A DNA stretch of 64,000 nt from Octopus sinensis (taxonomy: Eukaryota). The position numbers were made by a program, and so were the translations under genes. The notes below the pieces were generated by a model. It saw nothing but the letters and a program-made list of their open reading frames with translations. It made no database searches and was not told the origin of the DNA. Below, piece after piece: positions 61,985 to 64,000 of this stretch. The stretch covers positions 57,474,001 through 57,538,000 of the forward strand of contig NC_043008.1 in assembly GCF_006345805.1 (NCBI RefSeq), read 5' to 3'. Each line of letters begins with the position of its first letter. Within the stretch, counting starts at the first letter, position 1.

Positions 61985-63095
61985 TATCAAAAGCCTTTTG
62001 GTAGTTGATCCAGGCCATACTGAGGCCTTTCTTCTTTCTGCGGCTGTCTTCAGTTATGGCTTTATTGATCATTATTTGATCTTTACAGCCATATGAGCCC
62101 TTGCAGAATCCCTTCTGCTCTTCTGGAAACGGGTTGTTTTATTCCAGATGCTTGCTCAATCTTTGCGATATTATTGCAGTAAAGGCTTTGTACATTGTAG
62201 GGAGACAGGTTATAGGTCTGTAGTTTTGTGGTTTTGTCATTTCATTGGATTTGGGAATTAAGATAGTTTTCCCTTTCATGAGCCATTCAGGCATTGTCTC
62301 TGGCTCTGCTAGTATGTTGTTAAAGTTTTCAACCAGCTTTTTGTGTATTCCTGTCAGATATTTTAACCAGAAGTTGGAGATCTTGTCGTGCCAAGTTACT
62401 TAGTCTTTGCAATGCCTGGGTGACCTCTTCAGTTGTTATAGGGGTCCAGAGTTGCCCAGATGCTAAGTTTGTTATTTTAATACTCCTTTTTTTTGGCTGT
62501 TCGTTCGCCGACCATATTTCTCTCCAGAATTCTTCCAATTCTTCTGCCGTTGGTGCTGCAGTGACTTCTATTTTATTTTTGCCCAGTTCTTGGTAGAACT
62601 TTTTGGGGTTGGAGTTGAACTTTTTGTTTTGTTCAAAGAAGCATTGGCGTTTCCCGTACCGGCGGATCCTTTGAGCTTTGGCAAGGATATCTTGCTTCAG
62701 CTTTTCTTTTATCTCCGGCAAATCTTTTTCTGTGATGTTATATTTGCGGAGTATTTTTGTTGCTCAGTAGCGTTGATTGTTTGCTGATTTCATTAAGAAT
62801 CGACAGATCTTTTCTCATTTTTTGTATTTTGTTTTGGATGTTATTTATCCACAGGGTTTGTTTGGGTGGTGGTACTCCTGTTTGGATGGGTTTGAGTGAG
62901 TATCCAGCTTCTTTTGAGGCTGCAGTGGCTGCTGCGTATATTAAGTCATTTAGCTCAGTGATATCGCTTTTTGTTTCAGTGGCTATTAGTTCCGTGACGG
63001 CTAGGTTTATGCTGTTTATAATTGGTGTTGTTGTTTCGTCTATTTTGATTCATTGGTCCATTCTGAGACCTGTGGTTTTCAGTTCTTTAATTATT
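61985..63095 (-). mobile_element. R4/Dong-clade non-LTR fragment
   Basis: EKLKQ..AKAQRIRRY...QNKKF....KKFY, NYRPITCLPTMYK, EQKG, LSMAWINYQKAFDS. Confidence 0.8.
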
Positions 63096-63109
63096 TTCAT
63101 TTTTATAGT

Positions 63110-64000
63110 ACAGTCAACTTTCGCTACTATGCCACCCTGCGGGACTGAGCCAAAGTGGCATAGTACCGAGGGTCTGTTATCTAAACACTACATAACCAAA
63201 AATTTACTGAACATACGAATAAAAATTCATAGGGTGGGAAGTAAGGCCAATAAGAAGTTCAATGCAATGGTAAAAAGAAGACATCCAAGTTTATTAAGTT
63301 CAGATTGCTTTTAGTTAATCCCGAAGCTCTCAAAAATTGTCAGCTGACGCATCTTCTTTCGGCGGATTTCATTCATTTCGTTGTCTAGCCTATCACACGC
63401 CTGCATGACGCTGGGTTTTCCGCTGCTCTGCTGCTGCATAAACTTTCGGATAGTGCTCCATGCTCTCTGGGCATCTGCAAACGAAACGTATTCCTCTTCC
63501 GCAATTACCTCATTGTCTTCACTTTCCACCGGCTCTTCGTTATGCATTACTTCTTTTGCTATTTCTTCTAGAGTATAGTTGGTATGAGTTATAGATGAGT
63601 ATACTTGGTATGAGATTATAGATGAGTATCTATTTCTTCTAGAGTGAAAGATCCTCCAGTTACGAGAAAATCAAACAGCTCAATTGTTTCGTTCTCATGT
63701 GTCTTTTCCTCGAGAGGTAAAGCTTTCCAGATCTCGAGCAGCTCAGCATCCTCTGGCTCTATTTGTATTTCCTCTTCAATAAACTTGGCTTTCGCGAAGC
63801 AGTTCTTAATCGTCAATTCACTGACCTGCTCCCATGCACGCCGAGCAATGTGCAGAGTGTCGAGCAATGTAAATTTAAACTCGTTTCCTTCATCCATGGC
63901 TTCGAGACGGTGGGACAGCAAGAGCTTTTTGTAATGGTGCTTAAGATTTTGTATGATTCCTTGATCCATTGGTTGGGAATTTGCTGTTGTGTTGGGCGGA
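63110..64000 (-). mobile_element. Tigger/TIGD-like pogo transposon 3' part with TIR
   Basis: PNTT..SQPMDQGIIQNLKHHY, AWEQVS..TIKNCF; ta|cagtcaactttcgc terminus. Confidence 0.85.

Larger units (their letters stand above)
57318..61985 (-). mobile_element. Probable solo LTR disrupted by the Tx1 insertion and duplication
   Basis: Left end tgttacgaaa, right end ccccatatcac (imperfect TG...CA termini); non-coding. Confidence 0.4.

Overview
Repeat-saturated eukaryotic DNA with no recognisable host gene. The tRNA-derived SINE families suggest an octopus or other cephalopod (inference). The window is a mosaic of nested, mostly truncated transposon fragments: Tx1/L1, CR1, RTE, Hero and R4 LINEs; Naiad- and Neptune-type Penelope-like elements (PLEs); Gypsy; Tc1/mariner; pogo; hAT; Helitron; Crypton; SINEs. 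It also contains an endogenous parvovirus element (NS1 SF3 helicase plus a probable capsid fragment). The most striking property is orientation: roughly 35 of the ~38 orientable fragments, including the viral one, lie on the minus strand, and the three exceptions are all PLEs. This is the architecture of a flamenco-like uni-strand piRNA cluster / TE-and-virus trap. Other highlights: a LINE-capsid-NS1-poly(A) chimera, PLE hammerhead ribozymes (one with a long stem II, one with a U3-A8 core), satellites born from retroelement RT coding sequence, and a triplicated composite unit. All calls come from motif reading by eye, and boundaries are approximate.
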